64,000 nt of DNA from assembly GCA_963735595.1 (NCBI GenBank), contig CAVTLK010000004.1, forward strand, positions 96,001 to 160,000, in the 5' to 3' direction. This DNA is from an uncultured delta proteobacterium. GTDB lineage: Bacteria; Desulfobacterota; Zymogenia; Zymogenales; Zymogenaceae. Of this stretch, positions 41,872-51,336 are shown piece after piece (position 1 is the stretch's first letter; each line of letters starts with the position of its first letter). Both the position numbers and the translations under genes were made by a program. The notes below the pieces were generated by a model, which saw only the letters and a list, made by a program, of their open reading frames with translations, made no database searches and had not been told where the DNA came from.

Positions 41872-43122
41872 CTACCCGAGGCTTTCCACTATTTCCGATA
41901 GAGACGCGGCTACTTTACCCAGCCGGTCCGTGTTCTTTCTCAGCCGCGCGATATCCTCCCCGGAAAAGCCTCCCTGTTCGGATGCCGTCCGCATCAGGCC
42001 GTGCGCATCTTTGAAGAGGTCCTGCAGCTCACCCAGGTATTGGGCCATCGAGAGGATATTGTATTCGAGGGATACGGCCCTGTCCTTGGTCGTTACCGCC
42101 GTATCCACCGCACGCGTATCTGTCGTTTTCTCCACGGCGAGTTTCAGGTTTTCGCAGCCGAGTGACAGCTGTTGAATCGAATCATTCAGAAAGATAAGGG
42201 TCTCCCGCGTGAGCCGGTCGTCACCGGAGATAACGTCCTTGACCGTCGTTTCGATACGCTCGGCCATCGACCGGGTATGCTCATACCCCATGTATCGGGC
42301 GGCCTTTACCAAGCCCTGGGTTGACTCCTCGAGATTGAGCAGGATTTCCGACGAGAATCCCGGGGACGAAAGCTTCTGGACGATCGCGCCTGCCACCTCG
42401 ATATATTCGGCAAGCTGTCCAAGAAAGAGGGAGAGGAGCTCCGTATCCTCGCCCGGCTCAACCTCGTCGGTTACGATGGATTCCGCGTCCCGCGAGGCGA
42501 GGGTCTTGCCGACGAACGACAATTCCGCTTTCGGCGAGGCGGCCTCATCCCGGATAAGGGATTCAATCCTGACGAGCCTGTTGGGGTTGAAGTGGTCGGC
42601 AATCTTCTTTGCCACGGCCAGCGACATGCCGGGTACCCCGAAAAGTTTCGCAACCGATGCGGACTTGAGGCCGTCAATCGTTGTGAAGCCGGAAAAATAG
42701 AGGGTGCGCGCCCTGTCCTCAGTGACCGCCGGTATGGCCGTGAAGCTCTTGATTACCGCCTGGTCGGCGTTAACTTCCATATCCATATAGTACGAAGGAA
42801 GATCCTTTTTCTTTGCAAACTCACGGTCTCCGGCGGGAATGCTGTCGGAAAGACCGGATAGCTCGTTCTTAAAGCGAATGAGGTTATCGGGCGTCGAACC
42901 CGATTGGGCAAGGATACGGTCGAGCTCTTCCAGCTTGGCCCTGAGCTCATCGAGCCCCATGATCTTTACCGCGCCAATGAAATCGGATACCGACGCCCTG
43001 AGCCGTTCGAGGCTCGGGCCGGTAGTTTCCTCCATCGCGTTGTCAAGGGCGGCTGTGATGTTTTTCATGAACCGAGGGGACATCCGTAGGCTCATGTCCT
43101 CAAGTTCGGCTATCAGAGACAT
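41872..43122 (-). CDS. Uncharacterised protein: Hpt-like bundle, helix-hairpin-helix, Hpt-like bundle
   Basis: IPAVTEDRARTLYFSGFTTIDGLKSASVAKLFGVPGMSLAVAKKI (HhH2); helical segments resembling CheA P1 but lacking the His. Confidence 0.65.
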   Translation of the reverse strand: MSLIAELEDMSLRMSPRFMKNITAALDNAMEETTGPSLERLRASVSDFIGAVKIMGLDELRAKLEELDRILAQSGSTPDNLIRFKNELSGLSDSIPAGDREFAKKKDLPSYYMDMEVNADQAVIKSFTAIPAVTEDRARTLYFSGFTTIDGLKSASVAKLFGVPGMSLAVAKKIADHFNPNRLVRIESLIRDEAASPKAELSFVGKTLASRDAESIVTDEVEPGEDTELLSLFLGQLAEYIEVAGAIVQKLSSPGFSSEILLNLEESTQGLVKAARYMGYEHTRSMAERIETTVKDVISGDDRLTRETLIFLNDSIQQLSLGCENLKLAVEKTTDTRAVDTAVTTKDRAVSLEYNILSMAQYLGELQDLFKDAHGLMRTASEQGGFSGEDIARLRKNTDRLGKVAASLSEIVESLG

Positions 43123-43139
43123 GGGACACTCCTCATCGG

Positions 43140-44204
43140 CTATTGGTTTACCAGCAACCGGTTTATATTGGTAATGTCTTCCATCTCGCCCATGAAGGTT
43201 GCCAGGGTTTTCGGCAAATCGTCGATATCGGCCAGGAAATCCCCCACCTTCCGCTCGGACGCCCCCGAGGACGCCTCGGTGAGAATGCCGCCCCTGCCCT
43301 TTATGGTTAGCGTGGTGCCTCCCCGGGACCGGATCGTGGAAAGACCGTAGATACCGTCGGTCCCAACGCCCTCCATAAGTACCCCGAGGACCGCCCCCCC
43401 AAACGACCCGGCAAGCCCTTCCATGAGGGAATCGATCGGGCCGGCGTTTTCGTGAGACACGACAACACGGCACTCCCCGGCAAGAGACCCCTCCACACTA
43501 TACGGATCAAACGACGAGAAGAAGTAGCACGTGCCTCCGTATACGCGCTCGTCTTCAACGGCGGCCTTAACCGGCCATTGCGTAAAAGGGCTCAAGTCGG
43601 CGATGAAGGGGCCGAGGCAGGTCCGGGGAAGCGGCAGGGAAACCAGGATCGCGGTATCCCCCCGACGGGGCAGCTGCGAGAGAAGTTTGATCGCCCCGTT
43701 TATGCCGCCGTTCGGCACGCCGAGGACGGCATAGTACCCGGCTTGTTCATTGTATGGGGTCTTTTCCCCCTCTCCGACGGGTTTAATGCGCGCCCGTGCG
43801 ATCCGGGTGATGTCAACAATGCTGAGCATACGGATCGACTCGTTGATCCTCCTGAGCAGCGAATCCGTTGGGCTGCCGATGTCCTCGGGCGAAAAGGGAA
43901 TAAAATCAACCATGCCGAGCCTGAAGGCATCAAAGAGGATCGGCGTCGTTTCGGCCAATCCGCCAACCCCCAGCACCGGATACGGCCCGGAAAGCTGTAA
44001 CACCTTAAGGTCTGCGACGGATTGTCTGTCGCCCCTGAGGCCGACAATGATTTGAACGTCTCCCTTTTTCTTCAGGTCGGCCGCCGCTTCCCGGGCGTCC
44101 GAATAGATGCCGACCACCTGGAGTTCATTGGTGACCTTGAGGAGGGTTTGAACGGCGTTTTTGAGTGTCTCGTCGGAAATGATAAGGCCGATCCACGTTT
44201 TCAT
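43140..44204 (-). CDS. Degenerate CheB-like protein (pseudo-receiver + pseudo-methylesterase)
   Basis: CheB length and architecture; LQVVG...DAREA, AFRLGMVDFI, PIDSLMEGLA, GVLMEGVGTDGIYGLSTIRSRGGTT. Confidence 0.75.
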   Translation of the reverse strand: MKTWIGLIISDETLKNAVQTLLKVTNELQVVGIYSDAREAAADLKKKGDVQIIVGLRGDRQSVADLKVLQLSGPYPVLGVGGLAETTPILFDAFRLGMVDFIPFSPEDIGSPTDSLLRRINESIRMLSIVDITRIARARIKPVGEGEKTPYNEQAGYYAVLGVPNGGINGAIKLLSQLPRRGDTAILVSLPLPRTCLGPFIADLSPFTQWPVKAAVEDERVYGGTCYFFSSFDPYSVEGSLAGECRVVVSHENAGPIDSLMEGLAGSFGGAVLGVLMEGVGTDGIYGLSTIRSRGGTTLTIKGRGGILTEASSGASERKVGDFLADIDDLPKTLATFMGEMEDITNINRLLVNQ

Positions 44205-44382
44205 GGGGTGTATTTATCTCTTATATGCTTTATGTTTACCTATATTAACTGAAAAGTTAAAAATATCAAGAGTTTTTTGCCGATTCGATAAAAAATCGGC
44301 GGACGGAGGCCACGCCCCGCATCGTCGTCGGCCTCAACGCGCAGCGCCGCCGTATCGTTCGTACTGCACGTATTGAGCAACG

Positions 44383-45336
44383 TTATGTCTTATGGGGTGC
44401 TTTCCTGTCCGGTTTCGGGCAGTTTTCGACGCAATCGGGAAGGCATGTCTTATCGCAGGGATCTACGTGAATCGTCGCGTGCACGTCCCCAAAGAGCGAG
44501 ATGATCTCGTCTCTCACCCTTCGGGAAAGCCGATGAGAATCCTCCAGAGATAGGGCGCGGTCGGCCATGATATGAACCTCTACGTAACGTGTTGGGCCGG
44601 CCTTTCGGGTGCGAAGCTCATGAAACGAAATAACAGAGGTAGAATGTCGGACAATCACGTCACGAATCTGTGCTATTTCCTCCGGCGGAAGGCTGAAATC
44701 GAAGAGATCCCGGGCAGACTTGATAATCAACTGGTACGAGGTCCTGATGATAAGAAGCGCTACGGCGATAGCGGCCGCGGCGTCGACCCACGCGAGGTTT
44801 ACGTCCGGCCGCAGTTTTCTCCCGATCAAGATCACTAATAGCCCGAAGAGAACCCCCGCCGAAGTATAGACGTCGGTCCTGAGGTGCCAGGCATCGGCCT
44901 CAAGCGCCAGCGAATCGGAGGCCTTGGCTACCTTGAGCTCTATATGAGAGACGATAAAATTAACCGTCGCTGAGAAGGACATCAGGGCCACGCCCCAACC
45001 CACCGACGACACTGCGGTGGGATAACGCAGCTTATGGACCGCCTCGGCAATGATCCAGCCCGCGGCAAAGAAGATGAGAAACGCCTCGATCGTCCCGGAG
45101 ACGTTCTCAAGCTTGCCGTGCCCGAAGGAGTGGGTCTCGTCCGGGGGCTGTGATGCCTTCTTTACCGAGACGAAGGCGATAAGGGACGATACCAGGTCGA
45201 CGGCCGAATGAATCGCCTCCGAGATGACGGATACCGACCCAATCATGATACCGACGATGAGTTTGAGAACGGTAAGGACCGAGTTTGACATTACCGCCAG
45301 CAGGGCTACCGATGTTTTAAACCGCTTTAGATCCAT
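44383..45336 (-). CDS. Cation diffusion facilitator (FieF-like)
   Basis: SEAIHSAVD, FGHGKLE, DAWHLRTD, dimerisation domain, Cys-rich tail. Confidence 0.92.
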   Translation of the reverse strand: MDLKRFKTSVALLAVMSNSVLTVLKLIVGIMIGSVSVISEAIHSAVDLVSSLIAFVSVKKASQPPDETHSFGHGKLENVSGTIEAFLIFFAAGWIIAEAVHKLRYPTAVSSVGWGVALMSFSATVNFIVSHIELKVAKASDSLALEADAWHLRTDVYTSAGVLFGLLVILIGRKLRPDVNLAWVDAAAAIAVALLIIRTSYQLIIKSARDLFDFSLPPEEIAQIRDVIVRHSTSVISFHELRTRKAGPTRYVEVHIMADRALSLEDSHRLSRRVRDEIISLFGDVHATIHVDPCDKTCLPDCVENCPKPDRKAPHKT

Positions 45337-45436
45337 GAGAGTAATGTATCATATCCTTTCGTCAAATGCCTGCTTTATATCGCCGGGCGTTACGGCCGGT
45401 CGGCGTTGTCTTGCCCCCCCGTGCGATTCCAGTATC

Positions 45437-46432
45437 TTATCTATCCTCTTTGGCTTTACCTGCCGGGTATTTCCGGCGGCCCCGGGCGGCCCGTTCCCCG
45501 TCGGTCAGTATACACTGTTTCGTGCATTCGGGCGGGCACGTCTTGTCGCACGGTTCGATATGGATGTTAACATAGGTGTCCGGGAAGAGCTGCCGGATAT
45601 CGTCGGTGATTATTTGGGTGATCTCATGTGATTCAAAGACCGTCATGTCCTGATCGACCAGGAGATGAAGGTCGACAAACCGGGTCGACCCGGCCTTCCG
45701 GGTCCTCATGCCGTGAAAGCCGACAACGGCGGGCGTCTGTTTAAAGATCGACTCCCTGATTTGGGATAGCTCGTGATCCGGCAGGCTGGCGTCCAGGATA
45801 TCCCGGGCTGATTTCTTGACCATCCGGTAGGCGGTGCGGATGATAAGGAGCGCCACGGCGATAGCGGCCGCCGGGTCGACCCAGTTAAGGTCGAGGTCCG
45901 GCACCACCCGTTTTCCCACCCAAATGGCCGTGAGGCCGAACAGCACGCCGGCGGACGTGTAGACATCGGTTCTCAGGTGCCAGGCATCCGCCTCAAGCGC
46001 CACTGACTCGGTCGCCCTGCCCACGACAAACAGGAGGTGCGAAACGACAATGTTTATGACGGACGATACCAGCATTACGCCAATCCCCCATCCCACCATA
46101 CCGAGGGGTTGGGGATTCACGAGCTTATGGAGGGCTTCATCAATAATGAAACCGGCGGCAAAGAAGATGAGGATCGCCTCTATCGTACCCGATATGTTTT
46201 CGACCTTCCCGTGGCCGTACGGATGATGGTGGTCTGCGGGCTTGGCCGATTTTCTCACAGAAAATAGGGCGATTAACGCCGCCACCAGGTCGACCCCGGA
46301 GTGGATCGCTTCGGAGATGACCGAGATGGACCCAATGAACAGGCCGATAACAAGCTTCACGGCCACCAGGAACGCGTTTGACGCTACCGAAAGGAGCGCA
46401 ACGGCGCTTTTATACTGCTTAGGATCAACCAA
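45437..46432 (-). CDS. Cation diffusion facilitator (FieF-like), tandem paralog
   Basis: SEAIHSGVD, YGHGKVE, DAWHLRTD; TTG start at 46432 inferred from alignment with its paralog. Confidence 0.92.
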   Translation of the reverse strand: MVDPKQYKSAVALLSVASNAFLVAVKLVIGLFIGSISVISEAIHSGVDLVAALIALFSVRKSAKPADHHHPYGHGKVENISGTIEAILIFFAAGFIIDEALHKLVNPQPLGMVGWGIGVMLVSSVINIVVSHLLFVVGRATESVALEADAWHLRTDVYTSAGVLFGLTAIWVGKRVVPDLDLNWVDPAAAIAVALLIIRTAYRMVKKSARDILDASLPDHELSQIRESIFKQTPAVVGFHGMRTRKAGSTRFVDLHLLVDQDMTVFESHEITQIITDDIRQLFPDTYVNIHIEPCDKTCPPECTKQCILTDGERAARGRRKYPAGKAKEDR

Positions 46433-46590
46433 AGGAGAATCTCCCGATCTACTAATAAGGGCGGGCCTCTCAACCGCCTGTAAATCTGCGCTTGATAGGC
46501 CCAATCCTTATTAGTTTAGGACTATAGAGAGGGGTAAGTCAAACCTAATAATATTAGCGGTGATTTGGTAGTGGAAGGTGGTATTAAGGG

Positions 46591-47415
46591 TCAGCGCCGC
46601 GTTCTCCAGACAGGCTTTGGAAACTTCTCCTGAACCGACCTATCCGTAAAGTACCGCTCGGTGAGGTCCGTCATCCGGCGCATGTGCGCCTCGATCGTGG
46701 TCCTGATCGCCTCGAGTTGCGTATCGCTGGCGTCCTCCGGTACCCAAAACGGGCCGGTAAAGAAATAGACGATCCTCGACAGCGGCAGCGGCATCCACAT
46801 CCTGTCCCAGTTGAAAAGCCTGAGGTGCGGCCGGGCGGCCACCGTCATCACGACGATCGGGGATCCCGTTTGCCTGGCGAGGATCACGGCGCCTTTCTTG
46901 AGGACCAGGGCCGGCCCTTTTGCCCCATCCACGGTGATCCCGGCGTGAAAACCCTCGTCGCGCACCAGCCCCGCCATGGCGTCCAGCGCTTCTCTTCCCT
47001 TCTTGTCGCGAATCCTACCGGTGCGCGACAGCGATGAGGTCGATCCCCGGACGGCGAGGACCCCCACACGCGCCATGCACTGTGCGCCGAATTCACCCCC
47101 CTCCTTCTGGCTGATCATCATGACGTGCCGGCGCCCCTTCACCCAGAAGTAGTAGTACTGGGCGTACCGGTGCCAGTGGGCATAGATGATCCCCTTGCCC
47201 GTAGAGAGCATCTCCTCGTTGAGGTCGCCGCCGATGAAGCCGACGCGCGACAGCGTGTACCAGGGACTGATCAGCCCAACCACGATCGGAAGCACGAAGC
47301 GAAAGACGAACCGGTAAAAAGATGAGAACCGGCCGTCCTCGTACGGCCCGAGGTGAACGCCGTATTTCTCGGAGTCGCCCACCAGCGATTCAAACTCTTC
47401 CGAAGGATACTTCAT
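46591..47415 (-). CDS. DUF374 / lysophospholipid acyltransferase-family protein
   Basis: AHWH, VRGST, ITVDGAKGP, NWDRMWMPLP. Confidence 0.78.
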   Translation of the reverse strand: MKYPSEEFESLVGDSEKYGVHLGPYEDGRFSSFYRFVFRFVLPIVVGLISPWYTLSRVGFIGGDLNEEMLSTGKGIIYAHWHRYAQYYYFWVKGRRHVMMISQKEGGEFGAQCMARVGVLAVRGSTSSLSRTGRIRDKKGREALDAMAGLVRDEGFHAGITVDGAKGPALVLKKGAVILARQTGSPIVVMTVAARPHLRLFNWDRMWMPLPLSRIVYFFTGPFWVPEDASDTQLEAIRTTIEAHMRRMTDLTERYFTDRSVQEKFPKPVWRTRR

Positions 47416-47601
47416 GTGCTTTCCGGGAAAAGGGAATTGATTAACCCCGCCGGTAAACTGACGGGAAGAGCAGATTATAGCAGTTTTGCCCTCTCACGCA
47501 ATAAAAAACCGTTACCCGACGCCCTCCGCCTCCCGTTGCTGTCCGCGCCCGCCGGGGGTCATGCCTTGCGGTGTGGCCGATGCTGTGGTATAAGGGCTGA
47601 T

Positions 47602-48066
47602 ATGGAACGGGTTTTCCTGGGCCTCGGGTCCAATATCGGCGATCGCTCCGCGAATATCAAGCGGGCGTGCCGTCTCATCGGTGAGATCGAGGGGGTTCGG
47701 CTCGTCCGTACTTCCTCGCTCATCGAAACCGAACCCGTGGGATACGAAGACCAGCCCGATTTCATCAACGCCGTCCTGGAAATCGGGACGACGCTCGCCC
47801 CCTGTGAATTGCTGACCGCAATCAAGGAGATCGAGCAACGGATGGGACGCACCCGGACCATTCGCTTCGGCCCGCGTATCATCGACATCGATATCCTGCT
47901 GTTCGGGCAACGGGTCATTGATGAGCCGGGCCTTACTATTCCCCACCCCCGCATGCACGAGCGCCGGTTCGTTCTGGGGCCACTGGCCGAGATTGCGCCG
48001 GATGAGGTACATCCGGTGTTAAAGAAATCGGTAACGGAGCTGAACGAAGATTCGTTTCCGCGGTAG
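47602..48066 (+). CDS. folK: 2-amino-4-hydroxy-6-hydroxymethyldihydropteridine pyrophosphokinase
   Basis: FLGLGSNIGD, QPDFINAV, GPRIIDIDIL, IPHPRMHERRFVL. Confidence 0.95.
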   Translation: MERVFLGLGSNIGDRSANIKRACRLIGEIEGVRLVRTSSLIETEPVGYEDQPDFINAVLEIGTTLAPCELLTAIKEIEQRMGRTRTIRFGPRIIDIDILLFGQRVIDEPGLTIPHPRMHERRFVLGPLAEIAPDEVHPVLKKSVTELNEDSFPR

Positions 48067-48100
48067 GGGATACGAGATAGACAAACCCTTTTGTCGGTTA

Positions 48101-48225
48101 TGTCAATGCGAGGAGCGTCTGCGACGAAGCAATCCCCCGACTATCGAGGAGAGGTGTTTTAACCTTCAGCGTTCAGATAATGCGCTCAGGGGATTGCCGC
48201 GCCCCCGTCGGGACTCGCATTGACA
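48101..48225. repeat. REP/RPE-like palindromic element
   Basis: TGTCAATGCGAG...CGAAGCAATCCCC and GGGGATTGCCGCG...CTCGCATTGACA form nested inverted repeats. Confidence 0.7.
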
Positions 48226-48290
48226 GTCGATTCTTACTGTTCGCTCGCGAAACAGAGTCCGTTCATTCTCTCAACACGTATAGCATACCA

Positions 48291-48326
48291 AAAGGGGCGG
48301 CCGGTTTTCCCGGTCGCCCCTTTTTA
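48291..48326. terminator. Terminator hairpin downstream of degP
   Basis: AAAGGGGCGGCCGG-TTTTC-CCGGTCGCCCCTTTTT. Confidence 0.7.
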
Positions 48327-48362
48327 TGTGACACGTAACACGGACAGCGGAGTTCCGCCCCT

Positions 48363-49825
48363 CTACTTGTTGATCGCGATGAAAATCGTATTACCGCTGC
48401 GAAGAATCAAAAAGAGGTAGCGGCCCGTCTTGCTGCTGTTTGCCATCTCCACGTTGAACTCGGCCAGGTTTTTTACCTTCTTCCGGTTCAACTCGCGGAT
48501 GACGTCCCCCTTCATTATCCCCGCTCTCTCGGCAAAGCTGTTCGGGTCCACGGCGGTAACGATGACACCGTCGGTATCCGGAAGTCCCAGGTACTGCGCG
48601 ATGGTGGGCGTGATCGCCTCCACGGCCAGCCCGAGCTCGCTCTTGGTGCCCGGCCCCGGTGTCGTACGGGGAGCGGTCGCCGATCGTCCCTTCCGTCGGC
48701 ATCTTTGCCACCTTCAGGGTAACGTCGCGGGTCTTGCCGTCCCGAAGGATCGTAACGGTCACTGTCTCGCCGACCGGCGTCAGCGCCACGATGGCCGGAA
48801 GCTCCTTCATCTTGGTGATCTCTTTTCCATTAAACTTAAGGATGATGTCCCCTTTCTTGATGCCCGCCTTATCGGCGGGGCTTCCCGGCTCGATATCCGA
48901 TACCAGGGCGCCTGCCGGCTGCTTGAGCCCGAAGGACTGGGCAAGCTCCGGGGTAACCTCCTGAATCACCACACCCAGCCAGCCCCGCACAACCTCGCCC
49001 TTCTTGAGCTGGGAGAGGAGATCCCTTGCAATGTTGATGGGAATGGCAAAGCCCAGGCCTTGTCCCTGTTCGATGATGGCGGTATTGATGCCGACCACCT
49101 CACCCCGTGATGTTGAAGAGGGGACCGCCGGAATTGCCCGGGTTAATGGAGGCGTCCGTCTGAATGAAATCGTCATACGGTCCGGAGCCGATGACCCGTC
49201 CCTTTGCGCTGACGATGCCCGCTGTCACCGTCTCGGCGAGCCCAAAGGGATTGCCGATGGCCATCACCCACTCGCCGACCTGGAGCTTGTCGGAATCGCC
49301 GAGCCTTACCGTCGGAAGTCCCTTGGCGTCGATTTTGATGAGGGCCAGATCCGTCTTGGGATCGGTTCCGATAACCTTGGCGGAGTAGGTCTTCTCGTTA
49401 TGAAGGATGACCGTTATCTCCGATGCGTTTTCCACGACGTGGTTATTGGTAAGAATGTACCCGTCCTGGCTGATGATGAACCCGGAGCCGAGGCTCTGCG
49501 TTTCAAAGGAACGCGGCATCTCCCCGAAATAGCGGTTGAAAAAATCCCCGAAGGGTTCGTTGCCGAACGGGGGAGAAAAACCGGGCGGAAGACCACCCCC
49601 TCCCACCGTTATCTTCGTGCTGATATTCACCACGGAGGGAGTCAGATCCTTAGCCAGCACCGTGAAGTCCGGTATGGTAATATAGTTCGTCCCGCCGCCG
49701 TTTCCCGGCGACCCGACCTCCGCCCAGGATGCTGTACCGATCGCGCAGGTCACCGAAACGATGAGGAGTATCAGCAGAGCGCGCATCTTAAGTGGCGATA
49801 CACGACGCCGGTATTCCAACTTCAT
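48363..49825 (-). CDS. degP: DegP/DegQ serine protease with two PDZ domains (frameshifts near 49105 and 48650)
   Basis: TNNHVV, TDLAL, GNSGGPL triad; PDZ1 RGWLGV; PDZ2 in a third frame. Confidence 0.88.
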
Positions 49826-49917
49826 TGGTAAAACCTCCAAAGTGTGATTTGCTATAGTATCCGCCAAATCGATGAGAACTGCATGAGTCGCGGATTATTC
49901 TGAACTAATAATTACTT

Positions 49918-51333
49918 CTACGCCTTACCCGTGATCCTCGGCAGCACCACCGTGAAGGTGCTCCCCATGCCGGGAGTGCTGGAAACGGCGATAGTCCCGT
50001 GATGTGCCTCGGTGATAAACCTGCAGATCGCCAGCCCCAGGCCGGTCCCTCCCTCCTTCCGTGAGCGGTTCTTGTCCACGCGGAAGAAGCGGTCGAAAAT
50101 CTTGGTCTGGTCTTCCGGGGCAATGCCCATGCCGTTGTCCGAAACGCGGACCTCTACCTTATCGGATCGTATGTAGGCGTCGATGCGGATTTGACCGCCG
50201 TCCTTCGTGTATTTAACACCGTTATCGATAAGATTCAGAAAGAGCTGCCTTAGCCGAAGCTCGTTTCCCATGATCCTGATCCCGTTTAGCTCCTCCACGT
50301 TGAGCTCAAGCGTTTGTCCGCGCGCCTCGGTAAGCGTTGTCCCCATTTCATAGACCTCCGTGATGACGGGGGCCAGCTCCACCGGCTCCATTTCCATCGG
50401 CGTTTCCCCGATATCCGCCCGGGAAAGGATGAGAAGATCCTCAACAATCCTGCTCATGGTGTTGATCTCTTCGATACTGCTGCTCAGAATTTCCTTGTAA
50501 TCCTTGGCGCTGCGGGCCGTCCTGAGCGCCCATTCCGTTTCACCCTTGAGAATGGTCAGCGGCGTCCTCAATTCATGGGAGGCGTCCGCTGAAAACTGGC
50601 GAATCTGGGCAAAGGATTTCTCGAGCCGCTCCAGCATTTCGTTGAACGTGGCGGCAAGTCTTCCCATTTCATCCTTCTTGTTTCGGACCGGGATGCGCTG
50701 GGAGAGGTCTTTTGCGCCGATCCGCCGGGCCGCATCGGTTATTTCGGCCACAGGGCCGAGGGCCGCCTTCGCCAGGACGTACCCGCCGACGCTCGAAAAA
50801 AGGATGATGGTTGGAACCGTGAAGATGATAATGAGAAATAGCCTGTGCAGCGTCTCCTCCACGTATTCGAGGGAGCTGCCCACCTGCACGAGGCTGATAA
50901 GTTTATCGTTCTTGACGACCGGGTAGTTGATCATTCGGATCGGGTACTTATCCAATCCGTAGAGGGTTTCAAAAACAACTTCGCCCGTCTCCGCCCGTTT
51001 GACGGTCTCGGCGGTAAGGGGAAGTCTCTTTGGCAGGCTCCTGTCGGCGTCGTAGTCGATGTTACCCGATTTATCGAGGATCTGAATATACTTTGCCGTC
51101 GGCCGAAAACCAAAGAATTTTTCCAGGTAATCGTTCCACCCCTCGGAATCCTCGGACGTCCGGGTAGAAGAATCGGCGGTTATCTCGGCGATGGTGGTGA
51201 GCTTCTTGTCTACGCTGTCATAGAGCGCCCGGGACAGTGTGAAATAAAGCAGGGCGGAAAACGAAACAAGAATCAGCGCGAGCACGAGAGTAAACCAGTA
51301 CACAAGCTTGGCGCGGATGGTCACAAAAAACAT
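49918..51333 (-). CDS. Sensor histidine kinase (CusS-like, HAMP)
   Basis: Two TMs, HAMP, ASHELRTPL, NLIDNGVKY, DNGMG, GGTGLGL. Confidence 0.93.
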   Translation of the reverse strand: MFFVTIRAKLVYWFTLVLALILVSFSALLYFTLSRALYDSVDKKLTTIAEITADSSTRTSEDSEGWNDYLEKFFGFRPTAKYIQILDKSGNIDYDADRSLPKRLPLTAETVKRAETGEVVFETLYGLDKYPIRMINYPVVKNDKLISLVQVGSSLEYVEETLHRLFLIIIFTVPTIILFSSVGGYVLAKAALGPVAEITDAARRIGAKDLSQRIPVRNKKDEMGRLAATFNEMLERLEKSFAQIRQFSADASHELRTPLTILKGETEWALRTARSAKDYKEILSSSIEEINTMSRIVEDLLILSRADIGETPMEMEPVELAPVITEVYEMGTTLTEARGQTLELNVEELNGIRIMGNELRLRQLFLNLIDNGVKYTKDGGQIRIDAYIRSDKVEVRVSDNGMGIAPEDQTKIFDRFFRVDKNRSRKEGGTGLGLAICRFITEAHHGTIAVSSTPGMGSTFTVVLPRITGKA

Positions 51334-51336
51334 CGG

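Noticed and set aside
43123..43473. Long N-terminal extensions in the ORF track (41872-43473, 33123-34298, 47353-48066)
   Set aside because: They overlap neighbouring genes; internal starts fit better
48363..49825. Programmed frameshifting in degP
   Set aside because: No clear slippery heptamer; indel error is more parsimonious given the other breaks
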